A stretch of DNA of 64,000 nt. Source: Trueperaceae bacterium (lineage in GTDB: Bacteria > Deinococcota > Deinococci > Deinococcales > Trueperaceae). Under the pieces are notes generated by a model that worked only from the letters and a program-made list of their open reading frames with translations, made no database searches and was not told the origin of the DNA. The DNA lies in contig OZ243927.1 in NCBI GenBank assembly GCA_965213925.1, forward strand, positions 3,712,001-3,776,000, in the 5' to 3' direction. Positions 1 through 9,944 of this stretch are shown here, piece after piece; position 1 is the first letter of the stretch, and each line of letters opens with the position of its first letter. The translations under genes were made by a program, and so were the position numbers.

Positions 1-522
1 GGGGGCGAAAAGGAGCACTACCAGAGCCGTATGCAAACCTTCAGCTCTTTTGAGTGCCCCAATCCCTTGGCCGCCGAAGCCGCCGCGATGGAGTATCTGC
101 CTAGCGCGATGGGCATCGTGGACGTGAGCCGCGTGGCGAACGTAAGCGTGGACGAAGCCGCCAAGCGGTTCTACGGCTTGGGCGAGCGACTTTCGCTAGG
201 CGTCCTGCGCGACGAAATCGCCGCGCTGCCGAGCGAGAGCAAGTGGGAGAAAATCGCGCTGGGCGGGCTCGTGATGGACCTGCGCCGCGCCCAACTCGGG
301 CTGACGATTCGCTATTTCGAGGAGTTGCGCGAGGGCGGCGAACTCGACCCTGAAGGGTTCTTAGAGACCCACCCGCGCCTCTTGAGACGCTACGACGAAG
401 CCTTAGAAGAAATTCACCGCGACAACAGCTTGACCTTAGCGAGCGGCGGCGTGTTGGCGCGGCTTTTGTTGCAGACGCTCGAGGAGGCGTACCGTCCGAA
501 GCCGGTGGAAGAGAGGTCGTAG
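1..522 (+). CDS. C-terminal part of large NAD-glutamate dehydrogenase (5' end outside window)
   Basis: Frame is open from base 1. AKRFYGLGERLSLGVLRDEIAALPSESKWEKIALGGLVMDL resembles the C-terminal helical domain of NAD-GDH. Confidence 0.7.
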   Translation, partial: GGEKEHYQSRMQTFSSFECPNPLAAEAAAMEYLPSAMGIVDVSRVANVSVDEAAKRFYGLGERLSLGVLRDEIAALPSESKWEKIALGGLVMDLRRAQLGLTIRYFEELREGGELDPEGFLETHPRLLRRYDEALEEIHRDNSLTLASGGVLARLLLQTLEEAYRPKPVEERS

Positions 523-523
523 A

Positions 524-577
524 CAGTAGTCAGAATTCAGTAGTCAGCTCAATAGCATTGCTGAATTCTGACTGCTG
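524..577. repeat. Heptamer-based palindrome (CAGAATTCAG family), possible terminator
   Basis: Arms cagtagtcagaattcag / ctgaattctgactgctg lie between convergent genes. Related copies at 1862 and 10569. Confidence 0.7.
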
Positions 578-611
578 ATACTTAAAAACTGCTTTATCCT
601 GATCTCCCGAG

Positions 612-1778
612 TCAATGCGCCGACCTTTGATTCCCTTCGTAAACAAAAAATGCCTCTATGACCCGGTTGAGGTGCAAAAGCCCGGCGTCGGTGGTGCGGA
701 GGTAGGGCGGGGTGTGCTCGAGCCGCCCCTCCTCAATAAACCTCTCTACAAGAGGTGCGTAGTGCGCCACCACATCAATTCCTGACCTCTCTTTAAGCCC
801 CACAACGTCTACCCCACGCCGCGTGCGCAAGCCCGTCATCAATACATCTTCGACATAGTTCAGTGCGTTCACTGGCAGCGTTTCTGGCGGTTCACCTCTC
901 AGCCAATCTTTAATCACGCGGTTCGTGCGCCGTTCACCGATGAGATAGCCTTCGGTAGAACGGAGGTCTACGTTCCACTCAACCTCTTGTTCCGCAGGAA
1001 CAAAACTCGCGGCAGACGGTCCTAATGCTAAAAAGTGCTCGCCGCGCCAGTACACCTGGTTGTGTTTCGACTCGTGACCTGGCTTGGCGTGGCTCGAGAC
1101 TTCGTAGCGCTCTAAACCATACCCGGACAAAATCTCGTTCGCCAACTCGTAGTCATCCGCCTCTTTGTCGGGGTCTACCGAGACGCCGCGCCGCGCAAAA
1201 GGGGTATGCGGCTCGATCGTCAAGTTGTAAACGCTGATGTGCTGCACGCCTGTCTGCGCGAGGGTGTGTAAATCTCTCGCCGCATCTTGGTTCGGTACAG
1301 CGGTGATGAGGTCAGCGGAGACTTCGAAACCGGCGGCTAGCGCCATTTCAACCGCGCGTAAACCTTCTTTCGCATTGTGTTTCCGTCCTAAAAAGAGCAG
1401 CGTGGCGTCTTGGGTGGACTGTAAACCGATGGAGAGGCGGTTAAAATCCAGAGATTTGAACGTCTCTAACCTCTTTTCGTCAAAGGTCAAAGGGTCCGCT
1501 TCTAGGGTGGTTTCACCCCTTCCCGGAAAGCCCCACGTCTTTTGAAAGGCGCGGACGATTCGTTCCAACTCCTCGTCCGAGAGATGCGAGGGCGTGCCGC
1601 CGCCAAAGTAAATCGTGTCAAGCTCGCCTGGAAATTCTCCGTAAAGCTCGAGCGCTTCTCGCTCCAAACGCTCTATATACGCCGCTACTAACCCTTCACT
1701 ACGGCGCATTTTGTGAAAGTCGCAGTAAGGACATATCTTAGGGCAAAAGGGGACGTGTAAGTAAAGTGAGCGCGGCAC
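612..1778 (-). CDS. hemW: Radical SAM heme chaperone HemW (HemN-like)
   Basis: SLYLHVPFCPKICPYCDF, YFGGGTPS, YEVSS and HNQVYW motifs. Confidence 0.9.
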   Translation of the reverse strand: MPRSLYLHVPFCPKICPYCDFHKMRRSEGLVAAYIERLEREALELYGEFPGELDTIYFGGGTPSHLSDEELERIVRAFQKTWGFPGRGETTLEADPLTFDEKRLETFKSLDFNRLSIGLQSTQDATLLFLGRKHNAKEGLRAVEMALAAGFEVSADLITAVPNQDAARDLHTLAQTGVQHISVYNLTIEPHTPFARRGVSVDPDKEADDYELANEILSGYGLERYEVSSHAKPGHESKHNQVYWRGEHFLALGPSAASFVPAEQEVEWNVDLRSTEGYLIGERRTNRVIKDWLRGEPPETLPVNALNYVEDVLMTGLRTRRGVDVVGLKERSGIDVVAHYAPLVERFIEEGRLEHTPPYLRTTDAGLLHLNRVIEAFFVYEGNQRSAH

Positions 1779-1861
1779 CTCTTTAGCTTACGGAAAAGAG
1801 AGCAGGGGGGCGTACGCTTTCCCGACAAAAGAAAGCCATGAGCAAAAGAAGCCGTCGGGTA

Positions 1862-1913
1862 TCAGAATTCAGTAGTCGGTCGCGGTATGCTGAGTACTGA
1901 ATTTTGACTGCTG
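1862..1913. repeat. Heptamer-based palindrome (CAGAATTCAG family)
   Basis: Arms tcagaattcagta / tactgaattttga. Confidence 0.65.
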
Positions 1914-2008
1914 TCTCCCTCAAATTCTCTTAGCGCCGCTCTCCTCACCCGAAATTGTTCCGCAAGCCCCTCCGCCAGCGGTATGCTGTAGCCCATCGGA
2001 GGTCTTTA

Positions 2009-3115
2009 GTGAAACTCGAACGTATCGAACTGCGCACCGTGCGCCTCAAGCTGCGCTTCCGCTTTAAGACGAGCTTCGGCGTCGAGCAGCATTTCCGTAA
2101 GTTGCTCGTGACTCTATATAGCGAGGGCCTAGAGGGCTACGGCGAGGCGACCGCTAACGTCGTGCCCGGTTATTCCTACGAGACGGTAGATACCGTATGG
2201 CTCACCCTTAAAGAGCATGTCATACCGCAGATCATCGGCAGGGACTACGCGACGCCCGCGCAACTTTTGAACGGCGCAGCACCCATTCGCGGACACAACA
2301 TGGCGGTCGGGGCGTTAGAAACCGCTTTCTGGGATTTGCAGGCGAAGGCGGCGAACGTGCCGCTCTGGGTCCTGCTCGGCGGCGAGCGCACCGCGCATCC
2401 AGTAGGCGCGTCCTTGGGCATTCAAGAGAGCGTGGAGGAGACGGTTGAGCTTGCCCAGAAACACGTAGAGGAAGGCTACAAACGCCTTAAATTCAAGATT
2501 AAACCGGGTTGGGACGTCGCGCCTCTACGCGCCGTGCGGGGCGCTCTGCCCGACATGCCCCTCACTGTGGACGCGAACAGCGCCTACACGCTGACCGACG
2601 CGCGGGTCTTTCAGCAGCTCGACGAACTCAACCTCGACTATATCGAGCAGCCTCTAGCCTACGACGACCTTGTGGACCACGCGCAGCTTCAGCGGCAACT
2701 CGCTACGCCCCTCTGCTTAGACGAGTCCGTCCACTCCCCCGAAGACGCCCGCAAAGGCTTACAACTCGGCGCGGGGCGCGTCATCAACGTCAAGGTGGGG
2801 CGGGTGCGCGGTCATTTGCAGGCGAGGCGCACCCACGATGTGGCGCTCTCCTTCGGCGCGCCCGTGTGGTGCGGGGGGATGTTGGAACTCGGCGTCGGGC
2901 GGGCGCACAACCTCCACCTGAGTTCTTTGGCAGGCTTTACGCTTCCCGGCGACACGTCTAGCGCCTCGCGCTACTGGGACGAGGACGTTGTCGAACCTCT
3001 TTTGGACGCAGTGGACGGCGTGCAGCGCATCCCCGAAGGTCCGGGCATCGGCGTGAGTTTGAAGCGGGACTTTCTCGAGAGCATCACCGAGCGCGTGGAA
3101 ACGTTTGCGCCGTAA
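2009..3115 (+). CDS. menC: o-succinylbenzoate synthase / N-acylamino acid racemase (enolase superfamily)
   Basis: KFKIKPG, DANSAY, YIEQP, LDES and WCGGMLE motifs. GTG at 2009 follows a GGAGG RBS. Confidence 0.85.
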   Translation: MKLERIELRTVRLKLRFRFKTSFGVEQHFRKLLVTLYSEGLEGYGEATANVVPGYSYETVDTVWLTLKEHVIPQIIGRDYATPAQLLNGAAPIRGHNMAVGALETAFWDLQAKAANVPLWVLLGGERTAHPVGASLGIQESVEETVELAQKHVEEGYKRLKFKIKPGWDVAPLRAVRGALPDMPLTVDANSAYTLTDARVFQQLDELNLDYIEQPLAYDDLVDHAQLQRQLATPLCLDESVHSPEDARKGLQLGAGRVINVKVGRVRGHLQARRTHDVALSFGAPVWCGGMLELGVGRAHNLHLSSLAGFTLPGDTSSASRYWDEDVVEPLLDAVDGVQRIPEGPGIGVSLKRDFLESITERVETFAP

Positions 3116-3177
3116 CGGTTCTTACTGTTCGCAGCTTATTACGGCGTTGAGCAAGTTCTGCAATATAACCTCTTACT

Positions 3178-3304
3178 TGTCACCCCGAGCTACGCCGAGG
3201 GGTCTCGGTTGGCTATGCCAAAACTGCGTAACTTGCAATCTCAATCAGAGGAGTCAGCAAGGTCAGAGATTCTTTCACTCCGCTATCGCTTCGTTCAGAA
3301 TGAC
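3178..3304. repeat. REP-like palindromic element (GTCAYYCYGAG...TTCAGAATGAC type)
   Basis: tgtcaccccgagctacgccgaggggtct ... agattctttcactccgctatcgcttcgttcagaatgaca matches a widespread type of intergenic REP. Confidence 0.6.
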
Positions 3305-3579
3305 ACGACTTATTTCTTATACCAAAGTGAAGTATAGATGTCAAAATACGACATCTATACCGCGCGGATGCGCGTACCCTCGGACGCTCTCAATTTACGA
3401 CATCGTTCTTTCAGTTCGGTATTATTTAACGCTGTATTGACAAGGGATTGGAGAAGGATGAAGGAAGCGCGGAAAGCAGAAGGGGAAATGGGGAATCTCT
3501 TCCGTCTTCTCACATACCGAACTCACTCTCTTTGACTCACCCATTGACTTGACCTAAACTTTCACGACAAGATGAAGCT

Positions 3580-4356
3580 ATGAGCAGACTTAGCGACGAC
3601 CTTATGAACGCTCGAGACAACGCCACGCTTCTCACGCCGCCCTCGTCCGAACGAGGATTTCACCTGGCGGCTGCCTACGACGTTACCGACGAACTCATGC
3701 GGCGGCGAATCTCACAAGGTCATGAGGTCACTGGACGCAAGATCGGTCTGACGAACACGGCGAGTTGGGACAAGCTCGGACTAGACGCGCCCGTGTGGGG
3801 CTACATGTATTCCGACACGGTCCATTACGCTCAAAATGGCACCCTACGCCTCTCGCCCAGCGGGATGGCTGCGCCTAAGCTCGAGCCCGAAATCATCTTT
3901 CGCTGGCGTGGGGGGGAGGAAAACCTCCTAGATAACATCGAATGGCTCGCGCTCGGTTACGAAGTCGTGGACTGCCACTACCCCGACTGGGACTTCAAAC
4001 CGGCTGACGCGGTGGCGGACTTCGGGCTGCACGCCGCGCTCGTCGTCGGGCAGCCGCTCGTGGTGACACAAAAGCGCAAGGAAGGATTGGAGGAAGCGCT
4101 TAAAAACATTCGCGTGACACTCTATAAAGAGGGAGAAGAGGTGGCGCGAGGCAGCGGCGCGGATGTGATGGGCAGCCCGCTGAACGCGCTAGGAGGGCTG
4201 CTCAGCTTGCTCGAGGAGCGCTCAGACGGGCTGAAACCTGGCGACGTGGTCACGACAGGAACGTTTGCAACGCCGACACCAGTTGAAGCGGGGGAAAGCT
4301 ATACCGCAGTGGCGGAGGGAGTGGGGCTGGAGCCCGTGGAGATTACCTTGACGTAG
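3580..4356 (+). CDS. 2-keto-4-pentenoate hydratase-like protein (FAA hydrolase family)
   Basis: GRKIGLT, PKLEPEI, EVVDC, VAD and GDVVTTG motifs. Confidence 0.85.
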   Translation: MSRLSDDLMNARDNATLLTPPSSERGFHLAAAYDVTDELMRRRISQGHEVTGRKIGLTNTASWDKLGLDAPVWGYMYSDTVHYAQNGTLRLSPSGMAAPKLEPEIIFRWRGGEENLLDNIEWLALGYEVVDCHYPDWDFKPADAVADFGLHAALVVGQPLVVTQKRKEGLEEALKNIRVTLYKEGEEVARGSGADVMGSPLNALGGLLSLLEERSDGLKPGDVVTTGTFATPTPVEAGESYTAVAEGVGLEPVEITLT

Positions 4357-4389
4357 TTTGGTCAAGAAGAGCGGGGCTCGAGGTGCTTA

Positions 4390-4465
4390 GCAGGTATCAT
4401 CTGGTCAGTTACACTCCCACTGTAAAGAACATTATTTAGCACGCACATTCAGAGATGATACCTGT
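4390..4465 (+). mobile_element. ~76-bp MITE/REP-like palindromic element, copy A
   Basis: gcaggtatcatctggtca...acgcacattcagagatgatacctgt. Closely similar to copies at 9055, 41019 and 49278. Confidence 0.8.
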
Positions 4466-4599
4466 GTCCATTTGTTCCAGTACGTCGCGGAATTGCTAAT
4501 CGATACGAATTTGGCACCCTTCCGAATAACAGAAGAGCCGAAGTTTGACCCTTCGGCTCCCCTATTAAATCGCGTTTCGGCGTCTGCGTTTAGCGCCTT

Positions 4600-5832
4600 C
4601 TAAACCCGCTTAAACACCAGCGCCGCGTTCTGCCCGCCGAAGGCGAAGTTCTGCGACAACACGTAGTCTACGCGCTTTTCCCTAGGTTCATTCGGGATGA
4701 AATCCAGGTCAAGCTCGGGGTCGGGGTCGAGGTGGTAGTTGCGCGTGGGCGGCAGCACGCAGGTGTGAAGCGCCTGCACACTGGCAATCGCTTCGATGCC
4801 GCCTGCCGCACCTAGCGTGTGCCCCGTCATCCCTTTGATAGAAGAAACGGGCGGAACGGCGTCGGCGCTGCCGAACACGGTCTTGAGCGCGAGCGTTTCG
4901 TTGAGGTCGTTCGCGGGCGTCGAGGTGCCGTGCGCGTTGACGTAGCCAACTTTGTCAGCAGAGATACCCGCCGACTTGAGCGCCCAGTTGACCGCCCGAA
5001 CTGCGCCCGCGCCGCCTGGGGCGGGCTGCGTCATGTGGTAGGCGTCCGCGCTGGTAGACGCGCCCACGACTTCGGCGTAGATGCGCGCGCCGCGTTTGCG
5101 GGCGTGCTCGAACTCTTCTAACACCAAAATCCCCGCGCCTTCACCCGCGACGAATCCGTCACGCGACGCTGTGAAGGGGCGGCTCGCCGTCTCCGGGCTC
5201 TCGTTGCGCGTCGAGAGGGCTTTCATGACCGCGAAGCCGCCGATGCCGATAGGCGTCACGCACGCTTCGCTGCCGCCCGTGATCATGACGTCCGCCTCGC
5301 CGCGCTGGATGATATGAAAGGCGTCGCCGACTGCACCCGAGCCCGTCGAGCACGCTGTAACTACCGCGCTACTCGGTCCTTGCAGCCCGTAGCGCATCGC
5401 GACCTGCCCCGAACCCATATTCGCGATCATCATCGGGATGAAAAAGGGGCTCATGCGCATCGGACCGCGGTCAAAGCGAACTTTAGTCTGCGCTTCCCAC
5501 GTCTCTAAGCCGCCGATGCCGCTGCCGATGCACGTACCGGTATGTTCGCCCGCTACGTCGTCTTCGCTCAGCCCTGCGTCTTCGAGTGCCAGCGCCGTGC
5601 CGATAAGCGCGAAATGGACGTAACGGTCTAAGCGTTTGGCTTCTTTTCGCTCGATGTATTGCGAAACATCGACGTCCACCTCGCCCGCAATAGTGACGTC
5701 GGTTTGACTGGCGTCGAAGCGGGTAATCTGGCGGATGCCATTTTTCGCCTCGTGCTGCGCCCCCAAAAAGGTCTCCGCGCCGACCCCGATCGAGGTGACC
5801 GGACCTACCCCTGTAACGACAACTCGCTTCAT
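4600..5832 (-). CDS. fabF: 3-oxoacyl-ACP synthase II
   Basis: TACSTG, NAHGTST, GHTLGAAG and NFAFGG motifs. Confidence 0.95.
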   Translation of the reverse strand: MKRVVVTGVGPVTSIGVGAETFLGAQHEAKNGIRQITRFDASQTDVTIAGEVDVDVSQYIERKEAKRLDRYVHFALIGTALALEDAGLSEDDVAGEHTGTCIGSGIGGLETWEAQTKVRFDRGPMRMSPFFIPMMIANMGSGQVAMRYGLQGPSSAVVTACSTGSGAVGDAFHIIQRGEADVMITGGSEACVTPIGIGGFAVMKALSTRNESPETASRPFTASRDGFVAGEGAGILVLEEFEHARKRGARIYAEVVGASTSADAYHMTQPAPGGAGAVRAVNWALKSAGISADKVGYVNAHGTSTPANDLNETLALKTVFGSADAVPPVSSIKGMTGHTLGAAGGIEAIASVQALHTCVLPPTRNYHLDPDPELDLDFIPNEPREKRVDYVLSQNFAFGGQNAALVFKRV

Positions 5833-5884
5833 AGATACCTTACCGCCGCGCTCCCTCTATAAAACCTCAGAGCGCGTGCTCTCG

Positions 5885-6124
5885 CTACTTCTGCGAGGCG
5901 ACGAAGTCCACCGCGTCGCCCACCGTGCGAATGTTCTCAGCTTCTTCGTCGCTGATCTCGATGCCGAACTCGTCCTCTAAACCCATGATGAGTTCGACCA
6001 CGTCTAAAGAGTCCGCGCCTAAGTCGTCTACAAAAGACGCCTCTTCTTTGACTTCGCCAGGGTCGGCGTCGAGTTTGTCGGCGGTGACTTCCTTAATTTT
6101 AACCAAGATTTCGCTGCGTTCCAT
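5885..6124 (-). CDS. acpP: Acyl carrier protein
   Basis: [12 protein letters not shown] motif. Confidence 0.97.
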   Translation of the reverse strand: MERSEILVKIKEVTADKLDADPGEVKEEASFVDDLGADSLDVVELIMGLEDEFGIEISDEEAENIRTVGDAVDFVASQK

Positions 6125-6255
6125 GTGTGTTGCCTCCAGAATTTGATGTGTGCCTCAACTATAGCAACTTTCGCTCTCGCTGAGATTGTGTCGCGCAGTT
6201 ACCCTCTTTTAACAGGAACGCTACGCGATACTTTATCCGCTAAGAGCGTTGCTTC

Positions 6256-6313
6256 GCAGGACTTCGTACATCGTGACCCGATACTATTTGCTATGACACC
6301 AGATGCTACCTGC
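6256..6313 (-). mobile_element. Degenerate or partial copy of the 76-bp element
   Basis: Reverse complement reads gcaggtagcatctggt...cctgc. Confidence 0.5.
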
Positions 6314-6397
6314 TATAACCTAGCAAATCTCAGGGATTCTAACATGCGTTGCCGAAAGGATGCACGCTGAGATGTCTGTACGAGCAATCCGCGCCGT

Positions 6398-7135
6398 TCA
6401 ACACGCCACCATACCCCCGTCCACTGCGAGCGTTTGTCCATTGACATACGCCGCGTCTTCACCCGCTAAAAAGGCGACGACCTTCGCGACCTCTTCGGGT
6501 GAACCGAAGCGACCCACCGGAATCTGCTCTAAATAACGCGCCCTAAGGTCATCCGAGAGGTCTCCCGTCATATCCGAGGCGATAAAGCCCGGCGCGACGG
6601 CGTTCACTGTGATGCCCTTGCCGCCGTACTCCTTGGCGAGCGCCTTGGTGAGCCCTAAAAGCCCCGCTTTCGCCGTCACGTAGTTCGCTTGCCCGACGTT
6701 GCCCATAATGCCTACTACCGACGAAATATTGATGACGCGCCCCCATTTGCTGCGCACCATGCCGCGCAGCGCCGTTTTGGTGAGGTGAAAAGCGCTCGAG
6801 AGGTCCGTGTCAATCACATCCGTCCAATCTTGCGCTTTCATGCGCATGGCGAGACCGTCTTTGGTGATGCCCGCGTTGTTGATGAGGATATCTAGGCTCC
6901 CAAACGCCTCACCGACCTCTTTCACTAAGGTTTGACACGCCTCGGGGTCCGCGATGTCCGCGCTAAAGACCTCCACTTGTGCGCCCGCCTCTCTCGCGAG
7001 CTTCGCGACCTCTTCGGCAGGCTCTGCCGAGCGGACGTAATGCACGGCGACGTTGTGACCTCTTTGTGCCAGCTCGAGCGCCATCGCCCGCCCTAGACCG
7101 CGGCTCGAGCCCGTCACGAGCGCCGTCCGCGTCAC
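6398..7135 (-). CDS. fabG: 3-oxoacyl-ACP reductase
   Basis: TGSSRGLG, NNAGITKD and NYVTAKAG motifs; fab cluster context. Confidence 0.95.
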   Translation of the reverse strand: MTRTALVTGSSRGLGRAMALELAQRGHNVAVHYVRSAEPAEEVAKLAREAGAQVEVFSADIADPEACQTLVKEVGEAFGSLDILINNAGITKDGLAMRMKAQDWTDVIDTDLSSAFHLTKTALRGMVRSKWGRVINISSVVGIMGNVGQANYVTAKAGLLGLTKALAKEYGGKGITVNAVAPGFIASDMTGDLSDDLRARYLEQIPVGRFGSPEEVAKVVAFLAGEDAAYVNGQTLAVDGGMVAC

Positions 7136-8058
7136 CCTTTGACCTCTTGTAAGCTGGCTAATGTTTCAGGGTCGTAGACGGACTTGGCGTCGGCTGTTTT
7201 GTCCATCCGCTTGATCAGCCCGCTCAAAACCTTGCCCGAACCGAATTCTAAAAAGGTCGTAATGCCTAAGTCCTGCAACCGCTTTGTTAGTTCGACCCAG
7301 CGCACCGCGTGCGTCACCTGCTCCTCTAAAAGCCGCGGGGCGTGCTCTATTTCCACCACGTCCGCCGTAACATTGCTGAGCACCGGAAACGAAGGGGTTC
7401 TAAACTCGGTCTCTCTAAGAATCGTCGCGAGTTTGTCCGCCGCTGGTTTCATCAAACGGCAGTGAAAAGGCGCGGAGACGTTGAGAGGAACGACCCTCGC
7501 CCGCCTCTCTTTAAGCTTTTCGCTCGCCTTTTGAACCGCGCCTTGTTCACCAGAAATGACCGTCTGCTCTGGCGAATTGTAGTTGGCGACCTCGACAGTG
7601 CCCCCAGAATTCTTGGCGACCTCCTCGCAGACCTCTTTCACCTGCGCCGCGTCCACCTTGAGAGCGGCTGCCATCGCGCCCTGACCTTCGGGGACGGCGT
7701 CTTGCATGTACTGTCCGCGCTTGCGGACGAGCTTGAGGGCGTCCTCGAGTTGAAGTGACCCCGCCACCACGTGCGCTGTAAACTCACCTAAACTGTGCCC
7801 CGCCGCGCAACTCGGTCTCTCACCCCCCGCTTCGGTGTACGCCGCGAACGCCGCCACGCCCGCCGCCACGAGTGCGGGTTGCTGGTTCGCGGTGAGCTTG
7901 AGCGTATCCTCGGGACCCTTCCACATAATGTCTAAAAGTCCGGGCAAGGCGGCTTCAGCTCTATCTAGGATGGATTTGGCAGCGGGGCTTACGTCGTAAA
8001 ACTCCTGCGCCATCCCCACCACCTGCGAGTTCTGCCCCGGAAAAAGTGCCGCAATCAT
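7132..8058 (-). CDS. fabD: Malonyl CoA-ACP transacylase
   Basis: FPGQ, GHSLGE and VSAPFH motifs. Confidence 0.95.
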   Translation of the reverse strand: MIAALFPGQNSQVVGMAQEFYDVSPAAKSILDRAEAALPGLLDIMWKGPEDTLKLTANQQPALVAAGVAAFAAYTEAGGERPSCAAGHSLGEFTAHVVAGSLQLEDALKLVRKRGQYMQDAVPEGQGAMAAALKVDAAQVKEVCEEVAKNSGGTVEVANYNSPEQTVISGEQGAVQKASEKLKERRARVVPLNVSAPFHCRLMKPAADKLATILRETEFRTPSFPVLSNVTADVVEIEHAPRLLEEQVTHAVRWVELTKRLQDLGITTFLEFGSGKVLSGLIKRMDKTADAKSVYDPETLASLQEVKG

Positions 8059-9065
8059 GCTGCCTCCATGAGTCCGCCCCAGGTGATGACGCTGGACGCC
8101 CAGGTTAAGCCTGCCCCGAACGCGACCAAGAGCAACTTGTCGCCATCTCGGATGCGCCCGTGGTCCAGTGCGTGTTTGAGCGCCAAAGGAATACTCGCCG
8201 TCGAAACGTTGCCGTACTCGTCCACCGTCACGACGACGCGCTCTTCCGGGAGTTCTAAACGCTCCCGAGCCGCTTTGATAATGCGCAAGTTCGCCTGATG
8301 CGGCACGAAGAGTGAAATGTCGTCCGGCGTGAGCCCCGCCTTTTCGATGGCGTCCAGTGAAGCGCTTTGCATAATGCGCACCGCGAACTTAAAGACTTCG
8401 TGCCCGTTCTGGTAAATTTTGTCCGTTATCTTTGTGCCGTCCGGTAAGCAGGGCGCAACCGCTTTCGAGTGTAAGAACTTACCGCCCGAACCGTCCGCGC
8501 CCAAGACAAAGGAGGAAAACCCATAAGGCTCCGGCACCGCTTCGACGATGGCTGCGCCCGCCGCGTCGCCGAAAAGAACCGCCGTGCTGCGGTCTTCCCA
8601 GTCCAAGATTTTAGTGAGCGCCTCCGCGCCGATGGCTAAGACTTTCTTGCAGATGCCCGCCTCGACGTAACCCTTCGCCACTGAAAGCGCATAAATCCAA
8701 CCCGGACACGCCGCCAAGAGGTCGAACGCGCCTGCGTCCAAATTAAAATGCTCTTGCACGATAGACGCCGTAGACGGAAAGAGCGCGTCGGGCGTGTTCG
8801 TCGCGACGATGACCATGTCCACGCCCTCCAAGCTCGCCGCGCCGTGCCGGCAGCGCAAATCTTCGACGCTTCTCATCGCCAGGTGAGAGGTGAACTCCTG
8901 ATCCGCCGCGATGTGCCGCCGCTTGATGCCTGTGCGCGTGGTAATCCACTCGTCAGAGGTGTCCATCATGGCTTCTAGGTCTCTATTACTGAGGATTTTC
9001 TCAGGGGCGTACGCGCCTAACGCACTGATGCCAGCACGCGCCTTACCGTCAGTCGCAGGTATCAT
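8055..9065 (-). CDS. fabH: 3-oxoacyl-ACP synthase III
   Basis: AAC, HQAN, YGNVSTASIP and FGAGLTW motifs. Confidence 0.95.
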   Translation of the reverse strand: MIPATDGKARAGISALGAYAPEKILSNRDLEAMMDTSDEWITTRTGIKRRHIAADQEFTSHLAMRSVEDLRCRHGAASLEGVDMVIVATNTPDALFPSTASIVQEHFNLDAGAFDLLAACPGWIYALSVAKGYVEAGICKKVLAIGAEALTKILDWEDRSTAVLFGDAAGAAIVEAVPEPYGFSSFVLGADGSGGKFLHSKAVAPCLPDGTKITDKIYQNGHEVFKFAVRIMQSASLDAIEKAGLTPDDISLFVPHQANLRIIKAARERLELPEERVVVTVDEYGNVSTASIPLALKHALDHGRIRDGDKLLLVAFGAGLTWASSVITWGGLMEAA

Positions 9066-9127
9066 CTGGTTTGCGTCAATTTCACGAGGTCAACCATTAA
9101 CGAGTACGCACGTTCAGAGATACCTGC
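9055..9127 (+). mobile_element. 76-bp element copy B (3-nt deletion), overlapping the fabH start
   Basis: gcaggtatcatctggt...gagtacgcacgttcagagatacctgc. Confidence 0.75.
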
Positions 9128-9364
9128 GTGATTCAATACCAGCATTTCTGGGAACTGCTCTAAATGGGTCACGAAATCACGTCCGCTCGGTCTAAGATAG
9201 GGCATGTTATACCAAACTGGTTTGAGTATGTCACTCATACGCTGCATCTGATGACATTTGTACCCTACGCATAAGGAGTTCAAAGGTTCAAGTTCTTATA
9301 GAAGTGGCTGCGTTCGGTGCTTATCGGTGTGGTAGGAATACGGACACAGGCAGCCGAAAGAATC

Positions 9365-9670
9365 ATGTATCTGCTCGAGCTATTCAGCACGGCAAAACCG
9401 CTTTTCACATTTGATTTGGGGGCTCACCCCTTCCTCTTTTCTCTTTGCGTGGCTACGGCAGTTTTCACTTGGGGCGCTGGACGCGAGGGCGAGAGGTTAG
9501 GCTTACAAAAGAGAATCGCCGCTCAACTTCGCTTAGCTGGTGCGGCGCTACTCGGGCTTATCTTCTTCGTCAGTCTAGCTTCGCTTAGCTGGCTTATGGG
9601 TGCGCTCTTCGGTTCACTTTTCGCATTGCGTCTAGGTGTGCCTGCGCTTCGTGAACTTCGCAGACATTAA
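9365..9670 (+). CDS. Small hypothetical membrane protein
   Basis: About three hydrophobic segments. Start uncertain (9317 or 9365). Confidence 0.5.
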   Translation: MYLLELFSTAKPLFTFDLGAHPFLFSLCVATAVFTWGAGREGERLGLQKRIAAQLRLAGAALLGLIFFVSLASLSWLMGALFGSLFALRLGVPALRELRRH

Positions 9671-9727
9671 AAGCACAAAAAAAGAGGCTGCTAGGCAACC
9701 TCTCTCATTTCAGAAATGAACTAAAAA

Positions 9728-9919
9728 TCAGTAATTATCAACGTCTAAAACTTGCTTGCCGCCGTACGAGCCGCAGTGTGGGCAGACGACGTGGCTGGGC
9801 TTGAGTTCGCTGCACTGAGCGCAGGGGACGAGGTTGGGTGCGGACAACGAATCGTGGGCACGCCTCGAGTCGCGCCTCGCTTTGGACATGCGTTTTTTGG
9901 GTACGGGATGCTTCGCCAT
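9728..9919 (-). CDS. rpmF: 50S ribosomal protein L32
   Basis: MAKHPVPKKRMSKARRDSRRAH followed by CxxC...CxxC. Confidence 0.97.
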   Translation of the reverse strand: MAKHPVPKKRMSKARRDSRRAHDSLSAPNLVPCAQCSELKPSHVVCPHCGSYGGKQVLDVDNY

Positions 9920-9944
9920 GACAAACTCCTTTTATCCTTAAAAC

